Assembly (NCBI GenBank): GCA_965263035.1 | Contig: OZ253580.1 | Coordinates: forward strand, 4,128,001-4,192,000 | From: Acidobacteriota bacterium | Lineage (GTDB): Bacteria > Acidobacteriota > UBA6911 > RPQK01 > JAJDTT01 | DNA length: 64,000 nt | Direction of reading: 5' to 3' | Shown here: in pieces, positions 54,679-64,000 of the stretch | Layout of the letters: each line of letters opens with the position of its first letter | Numbering within the stretch: the stretch's first letter is position 1 | The notes under the pieces: model-generated | The model's database searches: none | What the model saw: the letters and a program-made list of their open reading frames with translations, nothing else | Told to the model about the DNA's origin: nothing | Made by a program: the position numbers and the translations under genes

Positions 54679-56304
54679 ATGAAGAGCAGACGGAAGTTCC
54701 TGACGGAAACAGCAGCGTTCACCACTCTGGGGACCCTCGCATGCGGCGTGTCTCCTGAGCATTCGGGCGAAGCCACGCGGCACCGGTCCGAGACTCCGTC
54801 TTGGCCCACACCTTTGCTGATGCCCGACGACTTCAGCGAGCTGCACCTGACCGCCTGGCGTGTGGAGCCCGGGATCCCCGATCCGGAGAACCCTCTCCTG
54901 GAGGGGGACATGCCGTGGGATGCCGGTGGCATCGGAATCCACAGCTCGGTGTTCAAGGACCCCAGGAACGGACGATGGAAGGCCTATCTCGTGGCCACTC
55001 CTCCGGAGGAGACGGCCCGGGACTGGCGCAGTCCATGGGCTTCCAACAACCACTCCAAGCGCCGCCTCTGCCTGTTCGAGAGCGACGACGGAGTCCGCTG
55101 GTCCCGGCCCAGCCTGTCGAACGCTTCGTTCGGCCCACATGAGAAGACCAACATTATCTTCGACCTCGACCAGGGGACGGCCGCCTATTCCTCCGTCATG
55201 GTCGATACCGGCGACGCTGACATGCCCTACGAGATGTACGTCCTTCGTTTTGCTTCCGTCGAGGGAGAAGCACCGGCGGGAACCGGCTATTACCGATACC
55301 GCTCCCGTGATGGTTATCGCTGGGAGCTCTTTGGTGAACCCATCTACGACCCAATGAGCGGCGATCTCTGTTTCTTCTATCGCTACGGTCCAGGAGAGCA
55401 TGTCGCCTATTACCGGCTGGGTGGAAAGAAGCAACCGGGCGACCATGTCCCGATCTACGAGGATGCGCCCCGCCGGACCGTCTACCGGGCGACGAGCGAA
55501 GACGGGAACGTGTGGACGCGGGACGAGTCCATGATCTTGACCGTGGACGAGCGCGACCACCGGGACACTCAATACCAGGAGCTGGTGCCCCACCGGGTCC
55601 CCGGCGGATACCTGGGGATGGTGACCATGTATCGCCCCCTCACCCAGACCCTGAACCTGCGCCTGGCGGCGTCACGGGACGGCCGCCGCTGGTGGTATCC
55701 GGACCGCCGGCCCTGTCTGGACAACGCTCCCCTGGGCGACTATGGGGGAGGCATGATCTGGCAGAGTCAGTATCTGATCGAGGAGGACAGCCGAATCCAC
55801 CTCTACTACGGGGGGACCGAAGGGCCGCACCGGCAGATCTTCGACACCCGCGCTCCCAGCCAGCAGGTCGGTTACCTGGAAAGCGTCATCGATCACGGGG
55901 CCCATTTTCTGCCCTTCAATTCCGCCCTCTGCCGCGCCTCCTGGCAGTTGGGGCGAATGTACGCACTGATCCCCGCCGCCGGCGGACCGACACTCGGTAT
56001 GGCGGTGACCCGGGAGCAAGATCTGGCGAATCGGTCGTTGCGGGTCAATCTCGTCACTCGGCCGGCCAAGAAATCGACGCGACCGGACTTGGATGCCGGC
56101 TATCTGCAGGTGGAGCTGTTGGACGCGGAGGATCGGCCCTTGGAGGGTTTTGAGAGGAATGACTGCAGCCCGTTACGAGGCGATCATGCGGACTTGCGCG
56201 TCGTCTGGAACGGGGGCACACAGGCGCCGGAAGGAGCCCGCAAGGCCAAGTTCTATCTGAAGCGCGCGTTTCTGTACGGTTTCGAGTTTCAGATCAGCTC
56301 GTGA
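54679..56304 (+). CDS. Tat-exported GH32/GH43-like beta-propeller lipoprotein
   Basis: SRRKFL signal and LAC lipobox; ESDDGVRW, SRDGYRW, SEDGNVW, SRDGRRW; homologous to 5796-7379. Confidence 0.72.
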   Translation: MKSRRKFLTETAAFTTLGTLACGVSPEHSGEATRHRSETPSWPTPLLMPDDFSELHLTAWRVEPGIPDPENPLLEGDMPWDAGGIGIHSSVFKDPRNGRWKAYLVATPPEETARDWRSPWASNNHSKRRLCLFESDDGVRWSRPSLSNASFGPHEKTNIIFDLDQGTAAYSSVMVDTGDADMPYEMYVLRFASVEGEAPAGTGYYRYRSRDGYRWELFGEPIYDPMSGDLCFFYRYGPGEHVAYYRLGGKKQPGDHVPIYEDAPRRTVYRATSEDGNVWTRDESMILTVDERDHRDTQYQELVPHRVPGGYLGMVTMYRPLTQTLNLRLAASRDGRRWWYPDRRPCLDNAPLGDYGGGMIWQSQYLIEEDSRIHLYYGGTEGPHRQIFDTRAPSQQVGYLESVIDHGAHFLPFNSALCRASWQLGRMYALIPAAGGPTLGMAVTREQDLANRSLRVNLVTRPAKKSTRPDLDAGYLQVELLDAEDRPLEGFERNDCSPLRGDHADLRVVWNGGTQAPEGARKAKFYLKRAFLYGFEFQISS

Positions 56305-57650
56305 ACGGGCTGGCCGGTGGTGTCGTCGATGGAGTTGGCGATCTTGACGGGACGGCCGATGGGACTCATGTACTCCTTGGTCCAATCGATGCCGAACGCC
56401 TTGTAGACGGTGGCGTGCACGTCTCCCATGGAGACCCTGCGTTCGGCCACGAAGGCGCCCCGCTCGTCGCTGGTTCCCACGACCTTGCCTCCCTCGACGC
56501 CGCCCCCTCCCAGGATCATTGACCAGCAGTGCGGCCAGTGGTCGCGTCCGCCCTTGGAGTTGAAGCGGGGGGTGCGTCCGAACTCTCCCATGACCAGGAC
56601 CAGGGTGGACTCCAGCAGTCCCCGTTCCTCCAGATCGTCCAGCAGCACGGGTAGGGACTGCTCCAGACCCGGGACCAGCTTGTCCCGGTGGCTCTTGTCG
56701 TTGTTGGCATGCGTGTCCCAGCCGTTGAGATCGTGGCCGGCCGCAGTGACGAAGCGGCTTCCCGTCTCCACCAGCCGGCGCGACAGCAGCAGGCTCTGAC
56801 CGAAACCGGTGCGGCCGTAGGCGTCGCGAGTCTTCTCGGACTCCTTGGAGAGGTCGAAGGCCTCTCGGACCTCGGGGGAGAGGACCATGTTCACGGCCTG
56901 CTCGGTGAAGCTGTCCATCTTGAAGGCTTCGGCCATCTCCATCTTCCGCCGGTAGGTCTCGTCCATCAGGGCCAGGAGTGAGCGCCGGTCCTCCAGCCGT
57001 TTCGGTGAAATCGCCTTGGGCAGGCTCAGGTCCTGGACCTGGAAATCGTCGCTGTTGGGATCGGTGCCCACCACCATGGGATCGTACTTGGCGTCCAGAA
57101 ACGCCCCCTTCAGGTACGTTCCCTTGCCCCCTTCCTTGTAACCGGGGACCGCAACATGTGCCGGAACATGGTTTCTGGGGCCCCGTTCCCGGGTGACGAT
57201 GGAGCCGAAGGAGGGAAACTGCATGGCCGCCGTGGGCCGGTGTCCGGTAAGGGCGTAGTAGGTCCCCTGGCCGTGGTTGTTCTCCTCCGTCTGCATGGAC
57301 CGGATGATGGAGACCTTGTCCATGCGCTTGGCCATGCGGGGAAGGAGGCTGGAAATCTGGATTCCGGGAACGTTGGTGGAGATGGGCCTGAAGCTGCTGT
57401 TGGATTTGGGGTCCCACATGTCGACGTGGCTCGGCCCCCCGTCCAGCCAGACCAGGATGCATGACTTGGCCGTGGCGTTTGCTTCCGCGTCGATACCGGC
57501 TTCTGCGAAGACGCTCTTGGCTTGGAGATACTGGCTGAGGCTGATGCCGAACAGGCTGAGGGCCCCGGTCCGGATGAACTCGCGGCGCTTCAGCAGCGAC
57601 TCGGTGCAGGTCAGACAGCCGATCTTGTCGCCGGGCTTGGGTACGCTCAT
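56289..57650 (-). CDS. DUF1501 domain protein (Tat-exported)
   Basis: KRREFI, WLDGGPSHVDMWDPK, GWDTH, GEFGRTP, GRDHW. Confidence 0.9.
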   Translation of the reverse strand: MSVPKPGDKIGCLTCTESLLKRREFIRTGALSLFGISLSQYLQAKSVFAEAGIDAEANATAKSCILVWLDGGPSHVDMWDPKSNSSFRPISTNVPGIQISSLLPRMAKRMDKVSIIRSMQTEENNHGQGTYYALTGHRPTAAMQFPSFGSIVTRERGPRNHVPAHVAVPGYKEGGKGTYLKGAFLDAKYDPMVVGTDPNSDDFQVQDLSLPKAISPKRLEDRRSLLALMDETYRRKMEMAEAFKMDSFTEQAVNMVLSPEVREAFDLSKESEKTRDAYGRTGFGQSLLLSRRLVETGSRFVTAAGHDLNGWDTHANNDKSHRDKLVPGLEQSLPVLLDDLEERGLLESTLVLVMGEFGRTPRFNSKGGRDHWPHCWSMILGGGGVEGGKVVGTSDERGAFVAERRVSMGDVHATVYKAFGIDWTKEYMSPIGRPVKIANSIDDTTGQPVHELI

Positions 57651-57712
57651 GAGGGGATTTCCTTCTCGGCTCTCCAGGCTATTCTATACCAGATATCCCC
57701 GTCCTTCGGCCA

Positions 57713-60274
57713 TCAGTTCGAAGCGAACTCCCGGGATGTGATCATCGCCCACATTATGTCCTGCAAGGCCTCCTCCCGCGACTTGCTGGAGGCGACCACG
57801 TGCTCCAGCCGGGACCGCTCCCTGTCGGTGGGCAGCCGGCTCAGCGCCCTCAGATACAGCTCTTCGATGGTCTCCCCGTCCGACTTCCCGGCCTCCAGGA
57901 GTCGCTGAAGCCGGTTGCCGGGATGGGAGATTTTCTCCTGGTATGTCGAGCCGACCATGATGTGGAGCGCCTTCTTCAGGCTGGCGTCGTTCTTGCGCTC
58001 GGGGATGCTGGCGCGGTTGGGACGATCGTGAATGTCCAGGAACTTGGACGAGTAGAGGTCCGGGACCCGGAGGTGAATGGCGCGGGCGCCCGGGGGAGCG
58101 TTGCCCATCCAGTTGTTCTTGAAGGTTTCGGGGACTCCCGTGACGTTGGAGATGGCGTCCAGGAGAATCTCCGCGTCCAGATCCCGGCGCATCCGGTGAG
58201 AATAGTTGACCCTGTCGTTCGGGTTGGTGGCGTTGGGAACGGCTGAGAGCTGGTAGGTGTGGGACTTGGCGATGAGCCGCAGCAGCCGTTTGAGATCGTA
58301 GCCGTTCTTGGAGAAGTCCCGGGCCAGTTCGTCCAGCAGCTCGGGATGAGTCGGAGGGTTGGTGGAACGGAAGTCGTCCACCGGGTCCACGATCCCCCTG
58401 CCGAACATGTGTCCCCACATCCGGTTCACGATAGTCCGGGAGAAGTTGGGCTGGGCCGTGATCCACTCGGCCAGGGCCAGTCGAGGATCGAATGATTTCT
58501 CCTCGGGCAACGGCGTCCCGTCGGGAAACAAAGGGGAGACTTCCTGGCCGGTCCGAGGATGGAGGACTTTGACCGTGTCCTCCGACTCCTCGTAGTCGGG
58601 GACGCGGCCGCCCGGGTCCTCAAAGACCACGATGGCGCCCTCGGAGGTCCACTCGGTCCGGCTGAGCCGTCCGAAGAAGGCCGCCAGGCCCCAGAACTGG
58701 TCCTGAGACCACTCTTCGAAGGGATGATGGTGGCACTGGGCGCAGTCGAGCCGGTATCCCAGGAAGACCCTCATCTCCTCGGGCATGACGTCCTGGGGTA
58801 TGGAAACCTCTCCGTTCTGCAGGAAGTGCCGGGAGGGTCCGTCGTTTCCCTGTGCCGAAATCCGCTCCCGGGCCATCTGATCGTAGGGCTTGTTCTCGGT
58901 CAGGCTGTTGCGAATCCAGGCCCAATAGACCAGGGAATGGGCCGGCGTCCCCGTGGACGAGTAGGAGACCCGGAAGAGATCGCTGAAGCGGAAGGTCCAA
59001 TAGTCGATGTACTCGGGCGTGTCCAGCAACGTGTCGATGAGATGGTCCCGTTTCGCGGGATCGGTGCTGTTCAGAAACTCGCGAGCCCGATCCGGCGGCG
59101 GAAGGGTGCCGGTCAGGTCCAGGCAGATCCGCCGCAGGAATTCTTCGTCCGAAGAGAGGCTCGAGGGGGCGATCCGTAGTCTTCGCAGCTTGGAGAAGAC
59201 GTGCCGGTCGATGAGGTTGTTCCGAGTCACCTGTGGGACGGCAGACACCGCATCGGCGATGACGCCGATCCGGGAATTGGCGACCCTTCCCGGCGCCCGT
59301 ACCAGCAGAGCCGTCTCTCCCGTGGCGACGGCCTCCACGCGGCCGGTGGCTGAGATCCGAACCAGTCCGGGGTTGACGGTCTCATAGCGCACCCGGTCCG
59401 TCAGATCCTCGGTCCTTCCGTTGCCGAGATGTCCGGTGACCAGCAACTGCCGGTGCTGGCCCTTCTCCAAGACCAGATAAGAGGGAAAGACCTCGATTTT
59501 TTGGATCCGCAACTGCTCCTCTTCCCGCACCGGAGCGCCATCTCGAACCCAGTCGCGAATCAGCGCGTAGTCGGCGGAATCCGGAGCGAAGCGGCTGCCT
59601 CCGCCATGGGGGATCTGGAACGTCGGCTTCTGAAGCAGCAGGCTCCGTTCCGGATTTTTCGAATCCACTCGAGGCCGGATCGGTTCCGCGCTCTCGGGCG
59701 ACAGGACCTGATAGGTGCCGCCCTCCACGATCCAACGATGGTCTTCTTGCGGATGCCGTGCGTCCAGAGAGAGCTTGAAACCGCCGCGGCCCTTGACTCC
59801 GCCGTGACACGCGGAATCGTTGCAGCCGCGCCGCGTAAGTATGCCTCCGATATCTCTGGAGAAACTGAAAGGCTTCGGTGCCTGACTCTCGCGCACTTCG
59901 ACGGAGGCCCGGGAAACCTGACCCTGGAATTCCGCCCGGACCGTCGTCTGCCCGTCGTTCCGGGCAATCAGCTTGCCTTCGGTCCGCAGATCCGCGATTT
60001 CACGGTCATTCACCTCAAGACGGCTGTCGGCGGTCACGTCCCGCTCCATGCCGTCCGCGAAGGTCGCCACCACCACCAGTCGCTGGGGGGCGTCGGCACC
60101 CCACATTCGGATCTCGTGAGGCATCAGGCGCAACGAAAGAACTTGGGGTTGGTGGGAGGGTACGGGAGCCGGCGTTCCCGAAAACAGCAGCGAGGCGCTC
60201 AGAGCCAGGACGGCTACCCCTGGTACTCCGAACGGAGCGCGGATCCGGACTGTCCGTTCCTTCGACGCCTTCAT
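57713..60274 (-). CDS. DUF1549/DUF1553 domain protein with Ig-like and CxxCH-type segments
   Basis: CNDSACHG, FLRRICLDLTG, LDCAQCHHHP, IVNRMW..FGRGIVDPVDD, PTHPELLD; ATGA overlap with the upstream gene. Confidence 0.88.
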   Translation of the reverse strand: MKASKERTVRIRAPFGVPGVAVLALSASLLFSGTPAPVPSHQPQVLSLRLMPHEIRMWGADAPQRLVVVATFADGMERDVTADSRLEVNDREIADLRTEGKLIARNDGQTTVRAEFQGQVSRASVEVRESQAPKPFSFSRDIGGILTRRGCNDSACHGGVKGRGGFKLSLDARHPQEDHRWIVEGGTYQVLSPESAEPIRPRVDSKNPERSLLLQKPTFQIPHGGGSRFAPDSADYALIRDWVRDGAPVREEEQLRIQKIEVFPSYLVLEKGQHRQLLVTGHLGNGRTEDLTDRVRYETVNPGLVRISATGRVEAVATGETALLVRAPGRVANSRIGVIADAVSAVPQVTRNNLIDRHVFSKLRRLRIAPSSLSSDEEFLRRICLDLTGTLPPPDRAREFLNSTDPAKRDHLIDTLLDTPEYIDYWTFRFSDLFRVSYSSTGTPAHSLVYWAWIRNSLTENKPYDQMARERISAQGNDGPSRHFLQNGEVSIPQDVMPEEMRVFLGYRLDCAQCHHHPFEEWSQDQFWGLAAFFGRLSRTEWTSEGAIVVFEDPGGRVPDYEESEDTVKVLHPRTGQEVSPLFPDGTPLPEEKSFDPRLALAEWITAQPNFSRTIVNRMWGHMFGRGIVDPVDDFRSTNPPTHPELLDELARDFSKNGYDLKRLLRLIAKSHTYQLSAVPNATNPNDRVNYSHRMRRDLDAEILLDAISNVTGVPETFKNNWMGNAPPGARAIHLRVPDLYSSKFLDIHDRPNRASIPERKNDASLKKALHIMVGSTYQEKISHPGNRLQRLLEAGKSDGETIEELYLRALSRLPTDRERSRLEHVVASSKSREEALQDIMWAMITSREFASN

Positions 60275-62247
60275 TGCTCGTACTCCTTTTTGCCTCCGGA
60301 GGCTGCCGCCCCCTGGCCCGTGGCCAGCACCATGATGGGCACCCGTCCCAGCGGAAGCGGTGTGCCAGTCTGCTCGCCCGCCATGGGTTGGGCCCAGAGG
60401 CGCACCAGTTGAGGCATCCCGGTGGCGGGTGAGTCCGGATCCGCGACCAAGGCCATGGTGACGGCCTTTCGAACCGGACGGAATCGAGTCGGATCTCCGA
60501 GATTGCCGCTTTCCAATCCCATGGGGAAATAATACGCGCCCTTGAGCAGAGAGGTGGTGTAAGGGGCCGGGGTGGCCGGAAGGACCCGGACGCCGCTGGG
60601 AAGGTTGTCCGCCGAAACGGCGACTCCGCCCTCGAAACCTTCCTCCAGATCGCAGATCACGGTGAAGGTCTTGCTCTGTCCCGGCTCCAGGTTCACCCGA
60701 TCCGTGGTGGGCCCCAACCTTCGCCCCTTGACTCCCAGGACGTACTCCACGCGGCCCACGTGGGGGATCTTGGGACGAATCATCAGCCGGTAGGCCAAGT
60801 CGGGTCCGCTCCTTCGAGAGGTCAGGTCTCGGATCCGGAGTTGGTAGATCCCGTCTTCCTGAAAGGTGAAGACCGTCTTGCGCTCCGTCGTCTTGCTGAC
60901 GTCGTCCCCGTCCCCACCGTACTCCAGGTGAATGTTGGCGAAAACGTCCTCCCCCCGGGGTCCCGAGACCCGGATCCAAGGATTGAATTGGGGAGGCGCC
61001 GCCTCGGGAGTCTCGACCTCGAATGCCAGACCCTCCCCGGCTTTCACGCGGAAACGATAGGTGTCCACGTCTCCGGGTGGGTCGATGGTCCCCTCCAGGA
61101 CCACGGCGGTGGAGACTTCGGGACCCTCGGTGTCATTGGGTTCCTGTTCCTGAAAGCGAGAGATGACCCGGTCATGCACCGCGTCGCCCTGGGACTCCGG
61201 TTCGGCTTCGGCGTCTCCCGATCCGGTGGCGGGAGCGACACTTCGAGCTGCCAACACCTTCAGCCGGTCGGATTCAAGCGGCTTATGGAACGCTCCATGT
61301 TGAGCGTACGCCCCCGAGTCCCGCTCCAGCCAGTCCGCCGGATCGGGATGGGCCGTCTGCCCCAGAACCGTAGATGAGTCCGGAGGCTCGGTGGCGATCC
61401 TGAGCAGGTAGACGAAGTCGGGATTCCCTTCACCCAGGAACGAACCCATGGAGACCAAATATCGGCCGGCCTTTCGGAATCGGTGCGTCGGCATGGGAAA
61501 GACGGCAAACCGGGCGCCCCAACCCTGCCGCCGCGACTGGAGAACCGGCACCCACGAGAGCGGTTTGGATTCCCAGGGCAGCCTGAGGAGACGGTCCGGG
61601 TCGAACCAGCTTCCGGTAGGGGCGTAGAGGTTCAACTCCGCTTCGGCGCTGTAGGGGATATAGATGGGAAAGGAAGTGAAGGTCTGGAAGTGGAATTGCT
61701 CGCCCGCTTCCGCCTGAAAGGCGTACAGGTCGATCTCCCCGTTGGTCTTGGTGGTTCCGGCGATGACGGCCGGCGCCTGAACCGCCTGGTGCTTCTCCCC
61801 CTCCTGCTCCAGCACCACGGGTTCGCTGACGACCTGGAAGGTCAAGGCATTGGACATGCCGCGTGGACTGACGATCCGAAACCGGTGAAGCCCCACCCTG
61901 GCGTCCTCGCCGATCCGGAGCTGCAGCCGGGCTCGATGTCCGGCCAACTCCGTCTGCTTGGCTTGCGGGTCCCGCTCCACCAGTTCATCGGGGGCCGATT
62001 CCTGGATCTCCTCCAGGCCCAGAAATCGGATCTCCACGTCGTCGCACTCGAACCAGGCGGCGTAGGCCCCTTCCAGGTGCCGGCCTCGGACCGACATCTC
62101 AATCGTCGCACCCCGTTCTCCCCCCATGGGGAAGACGGAGAGGGCCTTGGGCTCCTTGGGCGCCGTCTTTCCGCTCTCATCCGCGGCCCACGAATCACCC
62201 ACGAAAAACAGCACAAACGCAGCTATCAGTGGCCTGATCTTGAACAT
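60271..62247 (-). CDS. PPC (pre-peptidase C-terminal) domain protein
   Basis: SVFPMGGERG, EQEPND, GDVDTYRF, YRLMI; usual partner of DUF1549 and DUF1501 genes. Confidence 0.8.
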   Translation of the reverse strand: MFKIRPLIAAFVLFFVGDSWAADESGKTAPKEPKALSVFPMGGERGATIEMSVRGRHLEGAYAAWFECDDVEIRFLGLEEIQESAPDELVERDPQAKQTELAGHRARLQLRIGEDARVGLHRFRIVSPRGMSNALTFQVVSEPVVLEQEGEKHQAVQAPAVIAGTTKTNGEIDLYAFQAEAGEQFHFQTFTSFPIYIPYSAEAELNLYAPTGSWFDPDRLLRLPWESKPLSWVPVLQSRRQGWGARFAVFPMPTHRFRKAGRYLVSMGSFLGEGNPDFVYLLRIATEPPDSSTVLGQTAHPDPADWLERDSGAYAQHGAFHKPLESDRLKVLAARSVAPATGSGDAEAEPESQGDAVHDRVISRFQEQEPNDTEGPEVSTAVVLEGTIDPPGDVDTYRFRVKAGEGLAFEVETPEAAPPQFNPWIRVSGPRGEDVFANIHLEYGGDGDDVSKTTERKTVFTFQEDGIYQLRIRDLTSRRSGPDLAYRLMIRPKIPHVGRVEYVLGVKGRRLGPTTDRVNLEPGQSKTFTVICDLEEGFEGGVAVSADNLPSGVRVLPATPAPYTTSLLKGAYYFPMGLESGNLGDPTRFRPVRKAVTMALVADPDSPATGMPQLVRLWAQPMAGEQTGTPLPLGRVPIMVLATGQGAAASGGKKEYEQ

Positions 62248-62433
62248 GGATTCAACTCGATAATCGACGCCATGCTACCACACGCCACGGCGAGTTTCCG
62301 CACCCCCGCATCACGTTTCCGCCGACTGTTCGTAGTAGACTGACCGGGTGTCGGAGGCCGGCAAGAGTAGACCTTACGGTCGAGCCGGGGAGAAGATCCG
62401 GCGAGGTCGTCAACAGAGGGAAGGAGCGAGACA

Positions 62434-63621
62434 TTGAAGTATCCGGTGAGTTTCCGGTTCGTATCTCGACGTCGAGTCGTACGGGTGTTGTTGCTTGCAG
62501 CGTTCCCACTCTGGCTCCAGCTCTCCTGCGGCGATTCGGTGCCGTCACAGGAAGACGCACAACGGAGCCTCGTGGTTCCGACCCCCGACCTCAAGGTGGC
62601 CTTCATCGGAGACTCGGGATACGGTCCGCGCACCGACCGGGTGTTGGAGTTGATCCGGCGGGAAGGCGCCCATCTGGTTCTCCACCAGGGGGACCTGGGG
62701 TATGACGAGGGCAACCTGAAGACACCGGTCAACTGGCACTCGGGAGTGGAGCGGATTCTGGACGCGGCCGTCGAGGGAGGGCGCTTTCCGTACCTCTACA
62801 GCGTCGGAAACCACGACGTCCGCCACTGGCGCCAAAAGAACCCTCCGGGATACGGGCGAATTCTCCAGGAGCGCGTGGACGGGACCCCCGGCCTGGAGTG
62901 CACGGGAGATCTGGGGGTGAAGTCCTCCTGCACCTACCAGGGCCTCTTCCTGGTGCTCTCGGGAGTGGGCTCCATGGGCCAGGGGCACCGGCAGTACCTC
63001 TCCGAATCCCTACAGGAGGGGGAGGATTTCCTCTGGAGAATCGCTTCCTGGCACAAGAACCAGCAGGACATGCAGGCGGGCGGGAAACGGGACGACACCG
63101 GCTGGGGGGTGTACCGGGACTGCCAGGAGGCCGGAGCCATCATCGCCACCGGGCACGAGCACTCCTATTCCCGGAGCTACACCCTGACCGATCTGGGCAA
63201 CGAGGCGGCGGGCCATGGGGCCACCGGCTCCCCGGAACGGATGGTGCTGGGGAAGGACAAAACCTTCGTCCTGGTCAGCGGACTCGGGGGCAAGAGCGGA
63301 CGGGACTACCACTGCGAGCAGCACGAGGACGACACCTGGTGGGCTTCCGTCTTCGCACGCAACTATTGGCTCGCCAACGGGGTGGTCAAGGAGAAGAACT
63401 GCACCACCATGGACCCGGACGGAAAACAGTATGCCCGGACGGTCCGGGAGTATGCGGACGGCGCCTTGTTCATAACCTTCAACCCGGGCGGACAGACTCG
63501 TCTGGCCCGCGGCGAATTCCTGACGGTGGAGGGAGAACGGATCGACGAATTTGAGATCGTGAACGAGCGGAGTCCGGACGCGGCAGTCAGCTCGGACGAC
63601 GGCGACGAAAAGGAAGGATGA
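62434..63621 (+). CDS. exported metallophosphoesterase
   Basis: IGDSG, GDLGY, GNHD, WH and GHEH calcineurin-like motifs; lipobox-like LSC. Confidence 0.88.
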   Translation: MKYPVSFRFVSRRRVVRVLLLAAFPLWLQLSCGDSVPSQEDAQRSLVVPTPDLKVAFIGDSGYGPRTDRVLELIRREGAHLVLHQGDLGYDEGNLKTPVNWHSGVERILDAAVEGGRFPYLYSVGNHDVRHWRQKNPPGYGRILQERVDGTPGLECTGDLGVKSSCTYQGLFLVLSGVGSMGQGHRQYLSESLQEGEDFLWRIASWHKNQQDMQAGGKRDDTGWGVYRDCQEAGAIIATGHEHSYSRSYTLTDLGNEAAGHGATGSPERMVLGKDKTFVLVSGLGGKSGRDYHCEQHEDDTWWASVFARNYWLANGVVKEKNCTTMDPDGKQYARTVREYADGALFITFNPGGQTRLARGEFLTVEGERIDEFEIVNERSPDAAVSSDDGDEKEG

Positions 63622-64000
63622 AGCGACGGGAGGCCTTGAAGCTGATGGCGGGAGGCCTGCTGGCCGGAGACCTCTGGAGCCGCCCCGAAAACGGACGATT
63701 GCGAGCCGCCCCGGACTTTCGGTTCCGTTACGTCCTGGCGTCCAGCCTCTATGGGACCTTGAAGCTGAAGGAGATCCTTCCCGAGGTGGCGCGCACCGGC
63801 TGCCGCTTCATCGACATCTGGCCCCGGGGACATGCCGACCAGCGGGAACAGATCGAAGAGATGGGTCACCGGGCGTTCACCCGGCTGCTTCGGGAGCATG
63901 GAGTCCAGGTGGGAATCCTGACCCACTACGACCTGGGACCGTTCGGTCTCCAAGAGGAGATGAAGGTCGGCCGGCAATGGGGAACCCGGATCCTCGTCTG
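63618..64000 (+). CDS. Tat-exported sugar phosphate isomerase/epimerase-family protein (partial, runs off the window)
   Basis: ATGA overlap; MKRREALK signal; YVLASSLYG...IDIWP..H.DQREQ. Confidence 0.65.
   Translation, partial: MKRREALKLMAGGLLAGDLWSRPENGRLRAAPDFRFRYVLASSLYGTLKLKEILPEVARTGCRFIDIWPRGHADQREQIEEMGHRAFTRLLREHGVQVGILTHYDLGPFGLQEEMKVGRQWGTRILV

Overview
High-GC bacterial DNA. The gene content (DUF1501/DUF1549-DUF1553/PPC cluster, a YWTD-repeat fragment, a cargo-carrying IS1595) suggests an Acidobacteriota- or Planctomycetota-like organism, possibly host-associated; this is inference. The window is dominated by glycan and acid-sugar catabolism: six paralogous ~730-770 aa exported proteins with a GH67/GH20-type N-terminal domain (five in a near-tandem array at 0.3-14.3 kb, a sixth at 39-41.3 kb), four GH32/GH43-like beta-propeller proteins, an SGNH esterase, two enolase-superfamily enzymes, an aldo/keto reductase, an apionate-lactonase-like protein, an SDR, a creatininase-like amidohydrolase, and SSS and MFS transporters. 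Accessory pieces are inserted among these genes. They are an NrtR regulator with two operator palindromes set divergently from ARPP-1 and vWA genes; a pair of PD-(D/E)XK-like nuclease genes; an intact DUF4338-fused IS4 element; and ~6 kb of mobile debris between two ~1.7 kb direct duplicates. The debris contains an IS1595 nested in an IS1182, two MITE copies (one inserted in frame in an integrase), a frameshifted TA toxin and a broken repressor. No rRNA, tRNA or CRISPR array is seen. All product calls come from motif recognition by eye; no database searches were run.
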